A stretch of 64,000 nucleotides of DNA from assembly GCA_951406725.2 (NCBI GenBank), contig OX597827.1:45074001-45138000 (forward strand). Reading direction: 5' to 3'. Positions within the stretch are counted from its first letter, which is position 1. Each line of letters begins with the position of its first letter. A program made the translations under genes and the position numbers. This document shows positions 26,478-41,195 of the stretch, piece after piece. The notes below the pieces were generated by a model. It ran no database searches. It was not told the origin of the DNA and saw only the letters and a program-made list of their open reading frames with translations. Origin of the DNA: Octopus vulgaris. Lineage: Eukaryota.

Positions 26478-27023
26478 GTATCTAAGAGATACCACCATGC
26501 TTGAAATAGCAGTCAAAACCTGACTCTAAAACCGCATCTAGTATTCAATACAGCACAAGGTGAAAAGACAGCTCGACAAAGAAAACCAGTATGTGTGTAT
26601 GTGTGTGTGTAAATATTGGACTGAAAACTACTTTTGGATAGAAAAAGTCAATGTCTAAGGCTATCTAAAAGGATTTCTTTTTTATATATACGCTATTATT
26701 TATAGCTCTATGTTAAGACGGTACCGTGCCGTTCAAAATACTTAGCGGCATTTCTTCCTGCTTTACTTTCTGAGTTCAAGTGCCATCGGGGCGTAGACTT
26801 TTACCTTTCATCCTTTCAGGGTCCATAAAATAGATGCCAGTTGAGGGCGGGGGTCGATGTGACCGATTTCCCCTTCCCTCAGTTTGTTAGCCTTGTGCCA
26901 AAGTTACAAATAATTATTTATAGCTTGATGTGTTTCGAGATTCACTGTTCCAAAAATGAATGATTTTGCAACCTTTCGAAAGTTTATGAATTCTTATGAC
27001 GTCAACGATATATTGTTTATATA

Positions 27024-27225
27024 CGAGAGGGGCTGAAAAGTACCTGCCTTTATGGGTATCGCAAAAGGCCTAGCTTGAGGTCCAATCTTCCGAGTTGTTT
27101 TTACAGGGCTTCGACCGTTGCTATAAGTGTGTGATTCCGAGAGAGGAATATGTTGATAAAATCGTAATGAACTGATTCTCTTGTATTTTCTTTTACTTAA
27201 AGCTAGGAACTTTTCAGCACCCTCT

Positions 27226-27226
<1 letters not shown>
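27024..27226. mobile_element. Mariner-type MITE
   Basis: TIRs gctgaaaagtacctg / ctaggaacttttcagc; same family as 60953-61412. Confidence 0.75.
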
Positions 27227-27301
<75 letters not shown>

Positions 27302-27481
27302 CTATATCTATATCTATATCTATACCTATATATATATATATATACATACATACACACATATATACAAACACATATATATGTAATAAATATGTGTGTGTAT
27401 AAATATATAAATACGTATGTATGTATATATATATATATCGTTAACTGACGAGTGAACAGGAATTACGTGATCAACTTCATT

Positions 27482-27562
27482 AGCTTACAATTGTTTCCAT
27501 TATGAGATGCAGTGCCCTTAGAGCTGAGTGCGTGTGCATCACCTTATAGCTTCTTCGGGGCT
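27482..27562 (-). ncRNA. Type-I hammerhead, U4C core (repeat ~27440-27630)
   Basis: Reverse complement: agcc-CCGAAGA-a-gctataa...cataat-g-GAAA-CAATTG-TA-agct. Confidence 0.6.
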
Positions 27563-27790
27563 TCTAATACACCCCCACACGCACCCATACACATACACAG
27601 ATGCTCACAAACGCACACTCACGCATGTGATACAGTATACTATCAAATATGTTATATATGTATATAGGTTATATATTTATATATATATATATATCTATAA
27701 TTAGAAAATGGAGAAAAACATAGATTAACCAGTACATCGATAGAACTACGTTTTAAAGCATATTTATTGATACAATACAAGACAATACAA

Positions 27791-27906
27791 GTCTAACACC
27801 CGTTTCTGATCAAAATACCCGAATGCAGTCTATACATAAATGCGAGAATAAAATTCTTCATCTTCATAGGGCATTCAATTTTAGGCAACGGATCTTCATC
27901 AGAGTG
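27791..27906 (-). ncRNA. Degenerate type-I hammerhead, canonical core
   Basis: Reverse complement: ct-CTGATGA-a-gatc...gatc-a-GAAA-CGGGTG-TT-ag; stem I weak. Confidence 0.5.
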
Positions 27907-28054
27907 AAAAACAAGCGCATACAATATAAACAAAAGGAAGAAGGTATATGGTGTCCCTGTACATCATTGCCCGGGGTTAACGGAAGTAACGGATACTGAT
28001 AGTATATACGGATATTTTATCTCTTAGTTGGTTACTACAATAGGTAACTCTATT

Positions 28055-28112
<58 letters not shown>

Positions 28113-28152
28113 TAACTGGCAAGGGAACAGGAATTACGTAATCAAATTCATT

Positions 28153-28233
28153 AGCTTACAGCTGTTTCCGCTGTAATACGCAGTGCACTTATAGCTGAGG
28201 GCGTGTGCATCACCTTATAGCTTCTTCGGAGCT
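28153..28233 (-). ncRNA. Type-I hammerhead, U4C core (repeat ~28110-28292)
   Basis: Reverse complement: agct-CCGAAGA-a-gctataa...ttacagc-g-GAAA-CAGCTG-TA-agct. Confidence 0.75.
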
Positions 28234-28388
28234 TCTAATACACACGCACGCTCACACACACACAGCTCACAAGCACACACTCACGCATGTAGAACATTAT
28301 ACTATCAAATATGCTATACATATAAACGTTGAAGGCTGAATACGCACATTAACCTCACATAGCTGTTTCTGACTCTGCTCTTCCCTAT

Positions 28389-28496
<108 letters not shown>

Positions 28497-28824
28497 AAAA
28501 GCTAAATGAAAAAAGAAAACAAGGAAGCAAAATGAGGGAAAGACAATGTACAGAAGTCCTCTTAAATGTTTCTGAAACAATGTTAATTGTTCGTCAAAAG
28601 AGAGGGGAGGACAGAGAAAGAAGAGAGACAGAAGGAGGAAGGAGATGGAGAGGGAGGAGAGAGAGAGAGAGAGAGAAAGACGGTAAAGAGAGAGGATGGG
28701 GGAGCAGACCCATAACCCGATTTGTTTGACCATCCCCTTCAATCCCCACCCATAACTCCAGTGGGTGTGGTCCACCAACAGCAGGGATGACAAGGGTTCT
28801 TATCAAGATATAACATTTAATTTT

Positions 28825-28885
<61 letters not shown>

Positions 28886-28916
28886 TACACATACAATTAT
28901 TATAATTATTATTATT

Positions 28917-29046
<130 letters not shown>

Positions 29047-29186
29047 TATTTCATTTTATTTTAGATTATCAGATAGAAATTCTGTAGATTGATATTGTCC
29101 ATGGTTTGTTTCATGTGTGTGAAGTGTGTTGTTTATACTGAATATTTAATTGGGAGAAATTGTATACAAATAATAATAACAACAAC

Positions 29187-29288
<102 letters not shown>

Positions 29289-29384
29289 AATAATAATAAT
29301 AATAATAATTATGATGATGATGATGATGATGATGATAATAATAATAATAATAATTATAATAATGATAACAACAATAATAATAAT

Positions 29385-29423
<39 letters not shown>

Positions 29424-29721
29424 TAATAATAATATTTTCTTTTAATAAGACTTAGAAGAACAACTACATTTTCTTCGTTTATCACAAGGAAGTCGAGAGA
29501 AAGTGCAAAGACAGGTTGCAAAAAGAATAGTGGTAGCAGTGAGAGTGGTGGTGGATTTACACTGGGTAAAAAAGAAAAGAAAGATAAATAAGAAAATATA
29601 ATTTGAGCAACACGTCAGCCGTTTTCTCTCTCTTGTTCTCCTACACTTCGTAAATCCGGAAAGGAATAGTTCACCCGAAATATTAGGATAATTAGAGAAT
29701 TTTGAAAATATAAAATGTATA

Positions 29722-30135
29722 GGCGCAGGGGTGGCTGTGTGGTAAGTAGCTTGCTTACCAGTCACATGGTTCTGGGTTCAGTCCCACTGCGTGGCACCTT
29801 GGGCAAGTGTATTCTACTATAGCCTAGGGCCGACCAAAGCCTTGTGACTGGATTTGGTAGACGGAAACTGAAAAAAGCCCGTCGTATACATGTATATATA
29901 TATGTGTGCGTGCGTGTATGTTTGTGTGTCTGTGTTTTCTCCCCTAGCATTGCATGACAACCGATGCTGGTGTGTTGACGTCCCCGTCACTTAGCGGTTC
30001 GGCAAAAGAGACCGATAGAATAAGTACTGGGCTTACAAAGAATAAGTCCCGGGGTCGAGGTGCTCGACTAAAGGCGGTGCTCCAGCATGGCCGCAGTCAA
30101 ATGACTGAAACAAGTAAAAGAGAAAAAAGAGAGAA
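29722..30135 (+). mobile_element. SINE S1, full-length copy
   Basis: ggcgcaggggtggctgtgtggtaag ... gaaacaagtaaaagag. Confidence 0.9.
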
Positions 30136-30785
30136 AGATATGTTCCAGCAATCTGAGTGGAGTTAATCCTTTAAGGAAAATTAGAGCATTCCTGTACTGA
30201 CTCGAATGTTATTTAGCAATAAAGTAAGTGCTTGCTCTTAGCTATGAAATTACTTGGAAAAAAATATTGTGAGTCATCCCGCAACACCTAATTCGACACT
30301 CGGTTAACGACCAGAAAATTTACTAAAGAATAGCATTTCCTTTTCAATTCTCAACTTCTTCTCCGAGTGGTACACGAACATTGACTCAGGAACGAAATTT
30401 GTTTAGGGGTGCAAATCCAGGTCCAAACTTTTTTCCAAAGAAGGTTTTATCGTTCTTTTTAATAATTCTTCTTTGAGAAGAAAACTAACTTCAAGCTACT
30501 TTTTCCAGATCACTTTTTACTGTTTTCTAAGCATGAGAAAAGTAAGTAGGGGTGAAAATTTTGATTTTCTTCCCAACAAATATTTTAAGAGATACACTTA
30601 CACCTCCTGCACCCCTTGTTCCCGGTCCCATGCACATGAAAAAGTTGATGAGAGCGAAAGTTTTTTCTTTAGGTGTCTTATGTAAGCAGGATGAGGTTTT
30701 GCAAAGAATTAACAAACTGATCTATTGCATCTTTTCCCTTTGTTCCCAAGAACATATATATGTGTATATATATATGTATCTCTCC

Positions 30786-30895
<110 letters not shown>

Positions 30896-31000
30896 GTCAT
30901 CAGCACAACATTTATCGAAACCTATCTCCAGTAGCCAGTGGAATATTGAAATCGCAACCCTATAATCGCAAGCCGAATATCCTAACCACCAAACCACTGT

Positions 31001-31058
<58 letters not shown>

Positions 31059-31079
31059 CGGAGAGATACATATATATAC

Positions 31080-31118
<39 letters not shown>

Positions 31119-31119
31119 C

Positions 31120-31157
<38 letters not shown>

Positions 31158-31192
31158 CATATATATATATACATACATATATACATACATAC

Positions 31193-31227
<35 letters not shown>

Positions 31228-31235
31228 ACAAGGAC

Positions 31236-31285
31236 TTTGTCAGTGAACAGGTCGCGGATTTTAGCGACGAAAATATTTTGACAAA
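31236..31285 (+). ncRNA. Minimal type-I hammerhead with G3:C8 core (family H2)
   Basis: tttgtca-GTGAACA-g-gtcgc ggatttta gcgac-GAAA-ATAT-TT-tgacaaa; 7-bp stem I, 5-bp stem II. Confidence 0.75.
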
Positions 31286-31463
31286 TTAAACTTAAATGTT
31301 GAAGTGAATCGAACGGCTTTTGTGTGTTTCTTAAATGGCTTATAAACACCTTCCACGCTGCAATTGTTTTCGTTTCAGCACACGATCTCAGATCAAATTA
31401 CTTGCTATGCGAGTACATCTCCGTAATATATATATATATATATACACATATATACATACATAC

Positions 31464-31558
<95 letters not shown>

Positions 31559-31966
31559 AGTTAAATGCAGGTGCTATTCAACGAAGATACCTCTGGTATT
31601 ATTCCAAAGGAATAAAATGGTGTTAAACAGTGTAATCTTCTCTTCAGGGAAATGAAGAAATGAAACTCGTCAATAAGACATTTAAACAGAAAATGATGGA
31701 TAATTAGTGAGAAGTTCTACAGAATTAAGACCAATTCCACCTAAGGGGATAATTTCGAAAATCAAAAATTGTCCAGAATTGACATGCCATTAAAGAAGAG
31801 AATATACTTATTGCTTAGAGATAAGAGGAAAGTCGTGGACGCGTATTTCTACCTCAACTGACGTCATCAGCACAACATTTGTCGAAATCTATCTCCAGTA
31901 GCCACTGGAGTATTGAAATCGCAACCCTATAATCGCAAGCCGAATACCCTAACCACCAAGCCACTG

Positions 31967-32105
<139 letters not shown>

Positions 32106-32518
32106 CATAACAGTGGCTTGGTGGTTAGGGTATTCGGCTTGCGATTATAGGGTTGCGATTTCAATACTCCAGTGGCTACTGGAGATAGATTTCAACAAAT
32201 GTTGTGCTGATGACGTCAGTTGAGGTAGAAATACGCGTCCACGACTTTCCTCTTATCTCTAAGCAATAAGTATATTCTCTTCTTTAATGGCATGTCAATT
32301 CTGGACAATTTTTGATTTTCGAAATTATCCCCTTAGGTGGAATTGGTCTTAATTCTGTAGAACTTCTCACTAATTATCCATCATTTTCTGTTTAAATGTC
32401 TTATTGACGAGTTTCATTTCTTCATTTCCCTGAAGAGAAGATTACACTGTTTAACACCATTTTATTCCTTTGGAATAATACCAGAGGTATCTTCGTTGAA
32501 TAGCACCTGCATTTAACT

Positions 32519-32589
<71 letters not shown>

Positions 32590-32590
32590 C

Positions 32591-32622
<32 letters not shown>

Positions 32623-32788
32623 ATATGTGTATATATATATATATATATTACGGAGATGTACTCGCATAGCAAGTAATTTGATCTGAGATCGTGTGTTGAA
32701 ACGAAAACAATTGCAGCGTGGAAGGTGTTTATAAGCCATTTAAGAAACACACAAAAGCCGTTCGATTCACTTCAACATTTAAGTTTAA

Positions 32789-32838
32789 TTTGTCAAAATA
32801 TTTTCGTCGCTAAAATCCGCGACCTGTTCACTGACAAA
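32789..32838 (-). ncRNA. H2 G3:C8 hammerhead (mirror copy)
   Basis: Reverse complement of 31236-31285. Confidence 0.75.
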
Positions 32839-32846
32839 GTCCGTGC

Positions 32847-32919
<73 letters not shown>

Positions 32920-32950
32920 GTATGTATATATGTATGTATATGTATATATG

Positions 32951-33025
<75 letters not shown>

Positions 33026-33045
33026 GTATATATATGTATCTCTCC

Positions 33046-33132
<87 letters not shown>

Positions 33133-33780
33133 ACAGTGGTTTGGTGGTTAGGATATTCGGCTTGCGATTATAGGGTTGCGATTTCAATATTCCACTGGCT
33201 ACTGGAGATAGGTTTCGATAAATGTTGTGCTGATGACGTCAGTTGAGGTAGAAATACGTGTCCACGTCTGTCCTCTTATCTCTAAGCAATAAGTATATCC
33301 TCTTCTCTAATGGCATGTCAATTTTGGACAATTTTTGATTTTTAAAATTTTCTTCTTAGGTGGAACTGGTCTTAATTTCTGGAGAACTTCTCCCTAATTA
33401 ACTCTGCTCTATTCTATTCTGTTCTTTGCTGATTTCTGCTTTGATGGTTGTTTTGTGCTCCAACTAAAATTTCTCAGGTTCTTATTATCTACTAATTGTA
33501 ATGACAAGCGTATTTTTTCGCCTTGTTTACTCTGTTGTCAATAGCAACAGAGCATACGATGTCAATTGTGAGGTGTGGTTGGAAACAAAGATTATTGTCG
33601 TTACAAATGAAAATAGAGTCTTGGATATTTTGTTTTTGTTTCAGTTACCATAACGATGAGCAGTCTTTTGTCGACATGGCTATTACTACCAAGCTGATGT
33701 CTCTATTTCGCCTGCAGACACCTCACACGAAATAAACAGAATGAAAATTTCCGCTACATATATGCTATAAAATAATAGTA

Positions 33781-33839
<59 letters not shown>

Positions 33840-33840
<1 letters not shown>

Positions 33841-34490
33841 TGTGCAGTCTTCTTGCGCCTACAGAGTATCTCAACAGGCATGATAGAGCAGCACAATATA
33901 TTCACTGGGTAATTTGCAAAAACCTGGACCTGCCCCATGATAAAAACTGGTGGGAACACAAACCACTTCCAGTGCTTGAAAATGATCACATGTCACTCAT
34001 CTGGAACTTCACCATTCAAACTGACAGAAAGATAGGCCAGGCATTATATTGAAAGACTTCAGACAAAAATTATGTCACCTCATTTATATGACTGTCCCAA
34101 TCGATATAAGCGTATCTGTCAAGACCTACCAAAAACCGAGCAAGTATAAAGATCTTGAAATAGAAATTAGCAAAATGTGGAACCTCAAGACTAAAACAAT
34201 ACCTATTTCTTTTCTACCCACAAGGGGCTAAACACAGAGGGGACAAACAAGGACAGGCACACGGATTAAGTCGATTACATCGACCCCAGTGCGTAACTGG
34301 TACCTATTTAATCGACCCCGAAAGGATGAAAGGCAAAGTCGACCTCGGCGGAAGTTGAACTCAGAACGTAGCGGCAGACGAAATACTGCAAAGCATTTCG
34401 CCCGGCGCGCTAACGTTTCTGCCAGCTCACCACCTTAAACAATACCTGTTGTCATAGGTGCCCTAGGAATGATAGCAAATGGGACTGATT
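33840..34490 (+). mobile_element. R4/Dong-type LINE REL-domain fragment after (TAA)n, interrupted by a SINE
   Basis: EYLNRHDRAAQYIHW, IWNFTIQTDRKI, KYKDLEIEISKMWNLKTKTIP|VVIGALG. Confidence 0.85.
34205..34436 (-). mobile_element. SINE S2 with 11-bp TSD
   Basis: aaacaatacct at 34194-34204 and 34437-34447. Confidence 0.92.
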
Positions 34491-34889
34491 TCACCCGCGT
34501 CTACGCTACAGTTTAATTGTCTTAAACATCAACTTTACATCAGCAATAACAACAAGAGTCATATCACCGACCCTTTTTCCCCACCACATATTTTTAAAAT
34601 GATTAAACCGAGAAAGAAAATTACCGTTGCGAAATAGTTAAATCGCTGAAACAGTGAAAACAAATAACAGGAGTCGTTGATATTGCATTCATATATGTTC
34701 GATAATCTAACGTCCGATAATGTAATGTTCAGTTGCTCTATGAAGATTGTTATCGTGTTGTCTCCAGACATGGCGAATCACATGGACGAACGAAATATGT
34801 TGAAATGTTTTATCATGAGGAGAAAGCGTGGTGGGAGCGGAGGATTTAGAATAAACAGGCCATTGATAGGACTGACCACTCTATGTAGC

Positions 34890-34961
<72 letters not shown>

Positions 34962-34998
34962 TTTGAAAAAATTTTTGATAGAATCTTGAGAGTCAAAA

Positions 34999-35035
34999 CT
35001 ATTGAAAAGGTTGTAAGACGCAACGAAAATTTTAG
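34999..35035 (+). ncRNA. Minimal type-I hammerhead with U3:A8 core (H3 repeat ~34960-35190, after (TAA)n)
   Basis: cta-TTGAAAA-g-gttgt aagac gcaac-GAAA-AT-TT-tag. Confidence 0.62.
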
Positions 35036-35265
35036 GAAAATAAAAATAAGAAATAAGTGGAAATTTTATCGGTGAGTGTGTTAAATTATAAGGCATAAAA
35101 AGAAAATGACTCTCTCCAGACACAATAGAATATGCTTTAACACACGAACTCAAATAAAGAATCTTGCAAACTAAATCCCAAAACAAAAAAGAATCTTTGA
35201 AATTGTAAGTAAATATTAATCAAAATGTAAAGAAAACGATGATGTGTGTGTGTTTGTGTGCATGC

Positions 35266-35306
<41 letters not shown>

Positions 35307-35599
35307 GCGTATACAAACGCATACATGTGTCTATCTGACTCGATTCTATCTGCCCACGGTAAATCGAAATTCACGGATTGAATAATTCCAAAATAACATT
35401 CACCAGACACGTGGCTAAACTTTTTCGAAAAGTTCTTTATTCTTGAATATTCTGAGCAGAAATAGGAAAACAGAATATCTTGGTATTTTGTATCGACACA
35501 TTCTGATTTCAAATCCCGCCTAAAATCAACTCCGTTTCTCATCTTTCCAGGGCTGACAAAGTACCAATCAAGTACTGGAATCGATATAACGCACACACA

Positions 35600-35677
<78 letters not shown>

Positions 35678-35727
35678 CTCTCGATCACACACACACACAA
35701 TGTCATAATGCAGGAGAAACAACACGA

Positions 35728-36085
35728 TACCGGATTAGACGACAGTGCCGAATTAGACAACAGTGCCGGATTAGACAACAGTGCCGGATTAGATGACAGT
35801 GCAGGATTAGATAACAGTGCCAGATTAGATGACAGGGCCGGATCAGGTGATAGTGACGGCTTAGATGATAGTGCCGGATTAGATGATAGTGCCGGATTAA
35901 ATGACCATTCCGGATTAGATGATAATGTCGAATTAGATGACAGTAAGGAATTAGATGACCGTAACGGATTAAATGATAGTCCTGGATTAGACGACAGCAC
36001 CAGATTATATGACAGTACCAGATTAGATAACAGTGCCGGATTAGATGTGAGTGCCAGATTAAGTAAGCGTGGCGGATTAGATAGC
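35728..36085 (+). repeat. 18-bp minisatellite (gccggattagatgacagt), about 20 units
   Basis: Regular 18-bp period; reads (LDDSAG)n in ORF 35708-36097. Confidence 0.92.
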
Positions 36086-36303
36086 ATTCCCATCTGACAC
36101 CATGGTTGCCTTTTAGCTGAGTTGCAAGCATCCGATGTAGCTCTTCGAGTTGTGGAAATTTTCTAATCTTCCTTCTTTCAACCTCGCAGACCCAATAAAG
36201 GATCATAAGTGTAGCTCGATAAATGATGAGACATAGAAAACATAAAAAAATCGTCATTGCAGCCGGATCAGATCTGACCTCTCTGAATCCATTGAAAAAG
36301 ATA

Positions 36304-36420
<117 letters not shown>

Positions 36421-36449
36421 AGAGAGAGATCGATGGCCACTACACATTC

Positions 36450-36600
36450 TTTATTTCCTCTCGTTTCTTTCTGTGTTATTTTCTGTAGAAGAGCGTAGGC
36501 TCGAAACGTTAAATACTTTTTTTACTTCCCGAGCGTTATACTAATACATCTGTTTGTTGTCTACACCACTTGTCTTCGTCTTTTGTTTTTTGTGAATTCC

Positions 36601-36603
<3 letters not shown>
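36450..36603 (+). mobile_element. H1 pLTR-like repeat with HHR-like motif (36478-36515)
   Basis: ttt-CTGTAGA-a-gagc gtag gctc-GAAA-CG-TT-aaa; between TA tracts. Confidence 0.75.
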
Positions 36604-36636
<33 letters not shown>

Positions 36637-36758
36637 CTAAGGATTCCTTTATATCCAGTATAAGGCGGTTTTTGAACGTAACACACGCGATAGTCGAGGG
36701 ATTACTGTATACACACACATACATATGTAAATGTATATATATATATATATATATATAT

Positions 36759-36843
<85 letters not shown>

Positions 36844-37111
36844 CACATATATATATTATATATATATACGAAAATGTTATACATGAATGTATAACAATGA
36901 CACCAAAACACCCTCTAGCTTGGTACTCAGCCTGCTAAAAATAACAAACGATTTTCTCTCAAAATACACCCTACCATCATAAAAATATAAAGAATACTTG
37001 GGAGAATGTAGCCATTATATATATATATACATATAGATGTTGTAAGTAGGTATGTATATACACACACGCGCACACCTACATACACATACACACATATATA
37101 TATATGTGTGT

Positions 37112-37156
<45 letters not shown>

Positions 37157-37274
37157 GATGTATGTTTGTATGTATGGGGTGGGCTGCTGGGTCATCATCA
37201 GAGATCACCAGAGATTGTGAGACCAAGAATTTGAGAGGAAACTCCAGCTGTGGGCTCTCTTTAGTTTTAAGCAG

Positions 37275-37325
<51 letters not shown>

Positions 37326-38228
37326 TGAGAGAGAGAGGGAGAGAGATTTGAAATTGATTTCTGGCTTTGTGGCCTTTTGCTCTTCTTCATTTCTTTCCTT
37401 CGTCTTCTTTCATCCTTTCGCTCTTCCTCACATTGCATCCCACTCTCCCTCCCTCCCTCCCTTCCTTCCTTCCTTCCTTCCTTCTTTCCTTCCTTCCTTC
37501 CTTCCTTCAGATTCTTTTTATTGTTTTCCTTCCCTCATTAACACGCCACCTTATATTCACTTTCGTTTTACCACTGTTCTGCCAAACCCACTCCCTCCCT
37601 CCCTCCCTCCCTCCCCCCTCATTTCTCTGTCTCTGTCTCTCTATCTCTTTGTCTCTTTCATTCTCTGTCTCTCTCTTTACCCCCCTTTTCCCCTCTCTTC
37701 ACCTTCACCCCCTAGCTCACCGTTTCTCCATTCTTACGCCAACCCAAAATTCCTTCTCAGATAATTAGTAATGGATAGCTGTTATCTACACAACACCGAC
37801 CGTTTCATTTCCACACACGCACACGCACGCACGCACACACACTCACACACACACAAACACACACACACGCATACACACACACACACACACACACGCACAC
37901 ACACACACACGCATACACACGCAAACATACGCACATAAACACAAACACACGCGCACACACATTTACGCTCGCACGCATGTAAACGTACACACGCTGCTCA
38001 GTTACGAGTACATGTGTACATGTACACGCATGCGCGTATATATTTACAAAAATATATACACATGCACACGTTATACATACATGCATACATACATACATAC
38101 ATACATACATACATACATACATACCTATATGCATGCTTATATACAATATATATATATATACATATACACAGACGCATATGTACATATGTATATATATATA
38201 TTCATAAATGCATGTATACATGGATACA

Positions 38229-38272
<44 letters not shown>

Positions 38273-38287
38273 CACACACACACACAA

Positions 38288-38327
<40 letters not shown>

Positions 38328-38930
38328 CAGTATATAGACGCGCACACAGACCCAAACACATAATTCTGCCACTTTAGTTTTCCTTACCATTTTCTTCCAT
38401 CGCCAGACACAAAGGCGGGGCTGTGTTACTTTAGTTATCAGAACTTTAGACGATAAAGAAATGGAATGAAAATAGATGAAAAAACGAAAACCAAAAAAAA
38501 ATCCCTCCATCGAAAGGACTACGCGGGGCGCGCGGCCATCTGTGTGTGTGTGTATGTGTGTGTGTGTGTGTGTGTGCTGCACTTTGAGCTGGTAGTTGAA
38601 TCAGGAGATTGGTGTAACGATGCATGGACAGACACTGTAGAACAACAAGACGATTATATTTTTGATACTTGAAGAATAATCTAGGAATGAAAATAAATAG
38701 AATACATGTTTATATTTAAACAAAATCAGAATGCGTCATCGGAAAGGCTCGGCTTGGCTTGGCCTGGCTTGGCTTACTATAGCGTGGACTGTCTGAATCA
38801 TTACAAGAGCGTTGGACGAAAATATTCACCTTGTTTTGGCTCCGGTCTTTTCGGTTACGTTTTTGAGCTCAAATGAAATCGAGGTCAACTTTGCTGTTTC
38901 GTTCTTTCAGAGTCGGTAGAATAAAGTACC

Positions 38931-39162
38931 TATTTCTTTATTACCCACAAGGGGCTAAACACAGAGGGGACAAACAAGGACAGACATAGGTATTAAGTCG
39001 ATTACATCGACCCCAGTGCGTAACTGGTACTTAATTTATCGACCCCGAAAGGATGAAAGGCAAAGTCGACCTCGGCGGAATTTGAACTCACAACATAACG
39101 ACAGACGAAATACGGCTACGCATTTCGCCCGGCGTGCTAACGTTTCTGCCAGCTCGCCGCCT
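38931..39162 (-). mobile_element. SINE S2 nested in an older S2 copy, with TSD
   Basis: aataaagtacc on both sides. Confidence 0.88.
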
Positions 39163-41019
39163 TAATAAAGTACCAACATTCAAGAATAAAGTACCAACAT
39201 TCAAGTACCAGGGCGGCAGCGACTGAGTCCTAACATACTCCCTCGATGCTAATGGAATCATACGTGTCTCGTTCGATGAAGCACATTTTAAATTCAAGGA
39301 ACAAAGACCGGGGCAAATGTATTTATTAAGCAATGTGTATAATACGAAACCAGGTTGTGGGAGTTCATAACAAGTCTTTTACTTGATTCAGTCATTAGGT
39401 TGCGGCCATGCTGTAGCACCGTCTTGAAGAATTTTTAGTCGATTGAATCGATCCCAGTACTTACTTCTTTTAAAGCTTGCTACTTATTCTGCTGGTCTCT
39501 TTTGTCAAACTGCTAAGTTGCAGAGACAGAAATACACCAACACCGGTTGTCAAGCGATGGTGGAATACACAACCCCCCACACTCACACACACACACACAC
39601 ACACACATACGCTCGCACAAGCACACGCACACACATACGAGTACAATCGCGAGCACACACACACACATAGGAAGAGCTTCTTTCAATATATGTCTACTGA
39701 ATCCACTTACAGTTAGAGACACATGTTCAAGGTACCACGCAGTGGGATTGAACCCAGAATCATGTGGTCAGAAGCAAGCTTTTTATCACACAGCCATACC
39801 TGCGACTATGCTCAAAGGTTGAATGCCGTATTCTTTCAGTGGCCACCATCTCCGAGGGAACATTCTCAGCTTCTTTCTGTCATGGTCGCCATAGTAGGGT
39901 GCAGCACATCAGTTGGGATGGTTGTTGTCTCTCATGTTGGCGTTGCTTGTCTCATACGCATGATCACCTGACAGAAGAGTGCTTCACGCTTCTGGAAATG
40001 TCAGAAGAATGGAACTTCCACTCGCGAAGCATGCTTCCACAACGAATACAAGTTGTGATGGTGTCTGTGGCGATATCATAAAGGATTAAAAATTACAAAC
40101 ATTAATGACCTAGAAAAATAAGAAAACTGACGTTAACCCTCGAAGTTCGACATTTGAAATACAGTACTTTTAAAGATGGACAGTATACCCACAATCTCGA
40201 AAATTACCAACAAAATGCGTTTTATTATTATGAGACGACGACCTGTATACTAGAAGTGAAATCAGACAAATGTTCCGATATATAAAAAAAACTCGTAGGA
40301 TCAGGTTCTCTGCGCATCTTCACCACCGCAAGCTGTATCAACCCCAAAGCATCCTACATATGTACCGAGTGCGTGTGTTTGTGTGTGCGCACGAAGCGAG
40401 TTCGATAGATTCAGATGACATAAACTGCACATTAATTGCAGGTATGAACACCGTATTTCGCTATAGAAACCAAATATGCTACCAAGTGCTTTAAAGGCTT
40501 AATATTATGACTTACCTGTGTAACGCTGAAGATAGAACAATAACTCTTGAAATGTGGATATACACCAATTACCTATTTCTCTATTTTCGATTGCATTGTT
40601 TACATAGACGTATTTGCATACGAAACGTCGTAACAAATCAGTGCAGGCTCTACTTGCAAATCTATAGAAATAACTTTAAAACGTGATAAAACTGCACATA
40701 TTTATATAATGATTTCTCATTTAATCATAAGGTCAGCAAAATTGGTATAATGATAGTATTAATCGATATCATCAACCCCAGCACTAGTATTTTAATTTTA
40801 TTGATCCCTTGACGGGAATTGAACTCAGAAAATAATGAGCTGGAACAAATGTCACGAAGCATTCTTTTTTGATACTGTGACGATTCTGCCAGCCTCGTCA
40901 TCCTATATGCGTACATATGTACGCAAATACAAATTAGACGGTTCACTGCGTATCCATTTGAATGATTGAGAAGCTCTCGGTGGTTCTCCTGCACAGATAT
41001 CGGCAGGAGAAAAGGTCCA

Positions 41020-41195
41020 GGTCTTTAGGTCTATGATGCCCTCTGTCCAGCTCTATAAGTTGTGAGACTTGGACACTGTCCGGGACCCTTTGGAGCCACC
41101 TGAACTCCTTTGGGACCAGGATGCTTCGCAGGATTATGAGTTACCATTGGTCGGATTTTGTAGCCAATCAAGTACTCTACTCAGAAACTGTTATG
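41020..41195 (+). mobile_element. RTE-clade LINE fragment
   Basis: CETWTL...HLNSFGTRMLRRIMSYHWSDFVANQ. Confidence 0.7.

Noticed and set aside
35728-36085. CRISPR-like array
   Set aside because: Contiguous 18-bp units without unique spacers, eukaryotic context, no cas genes.
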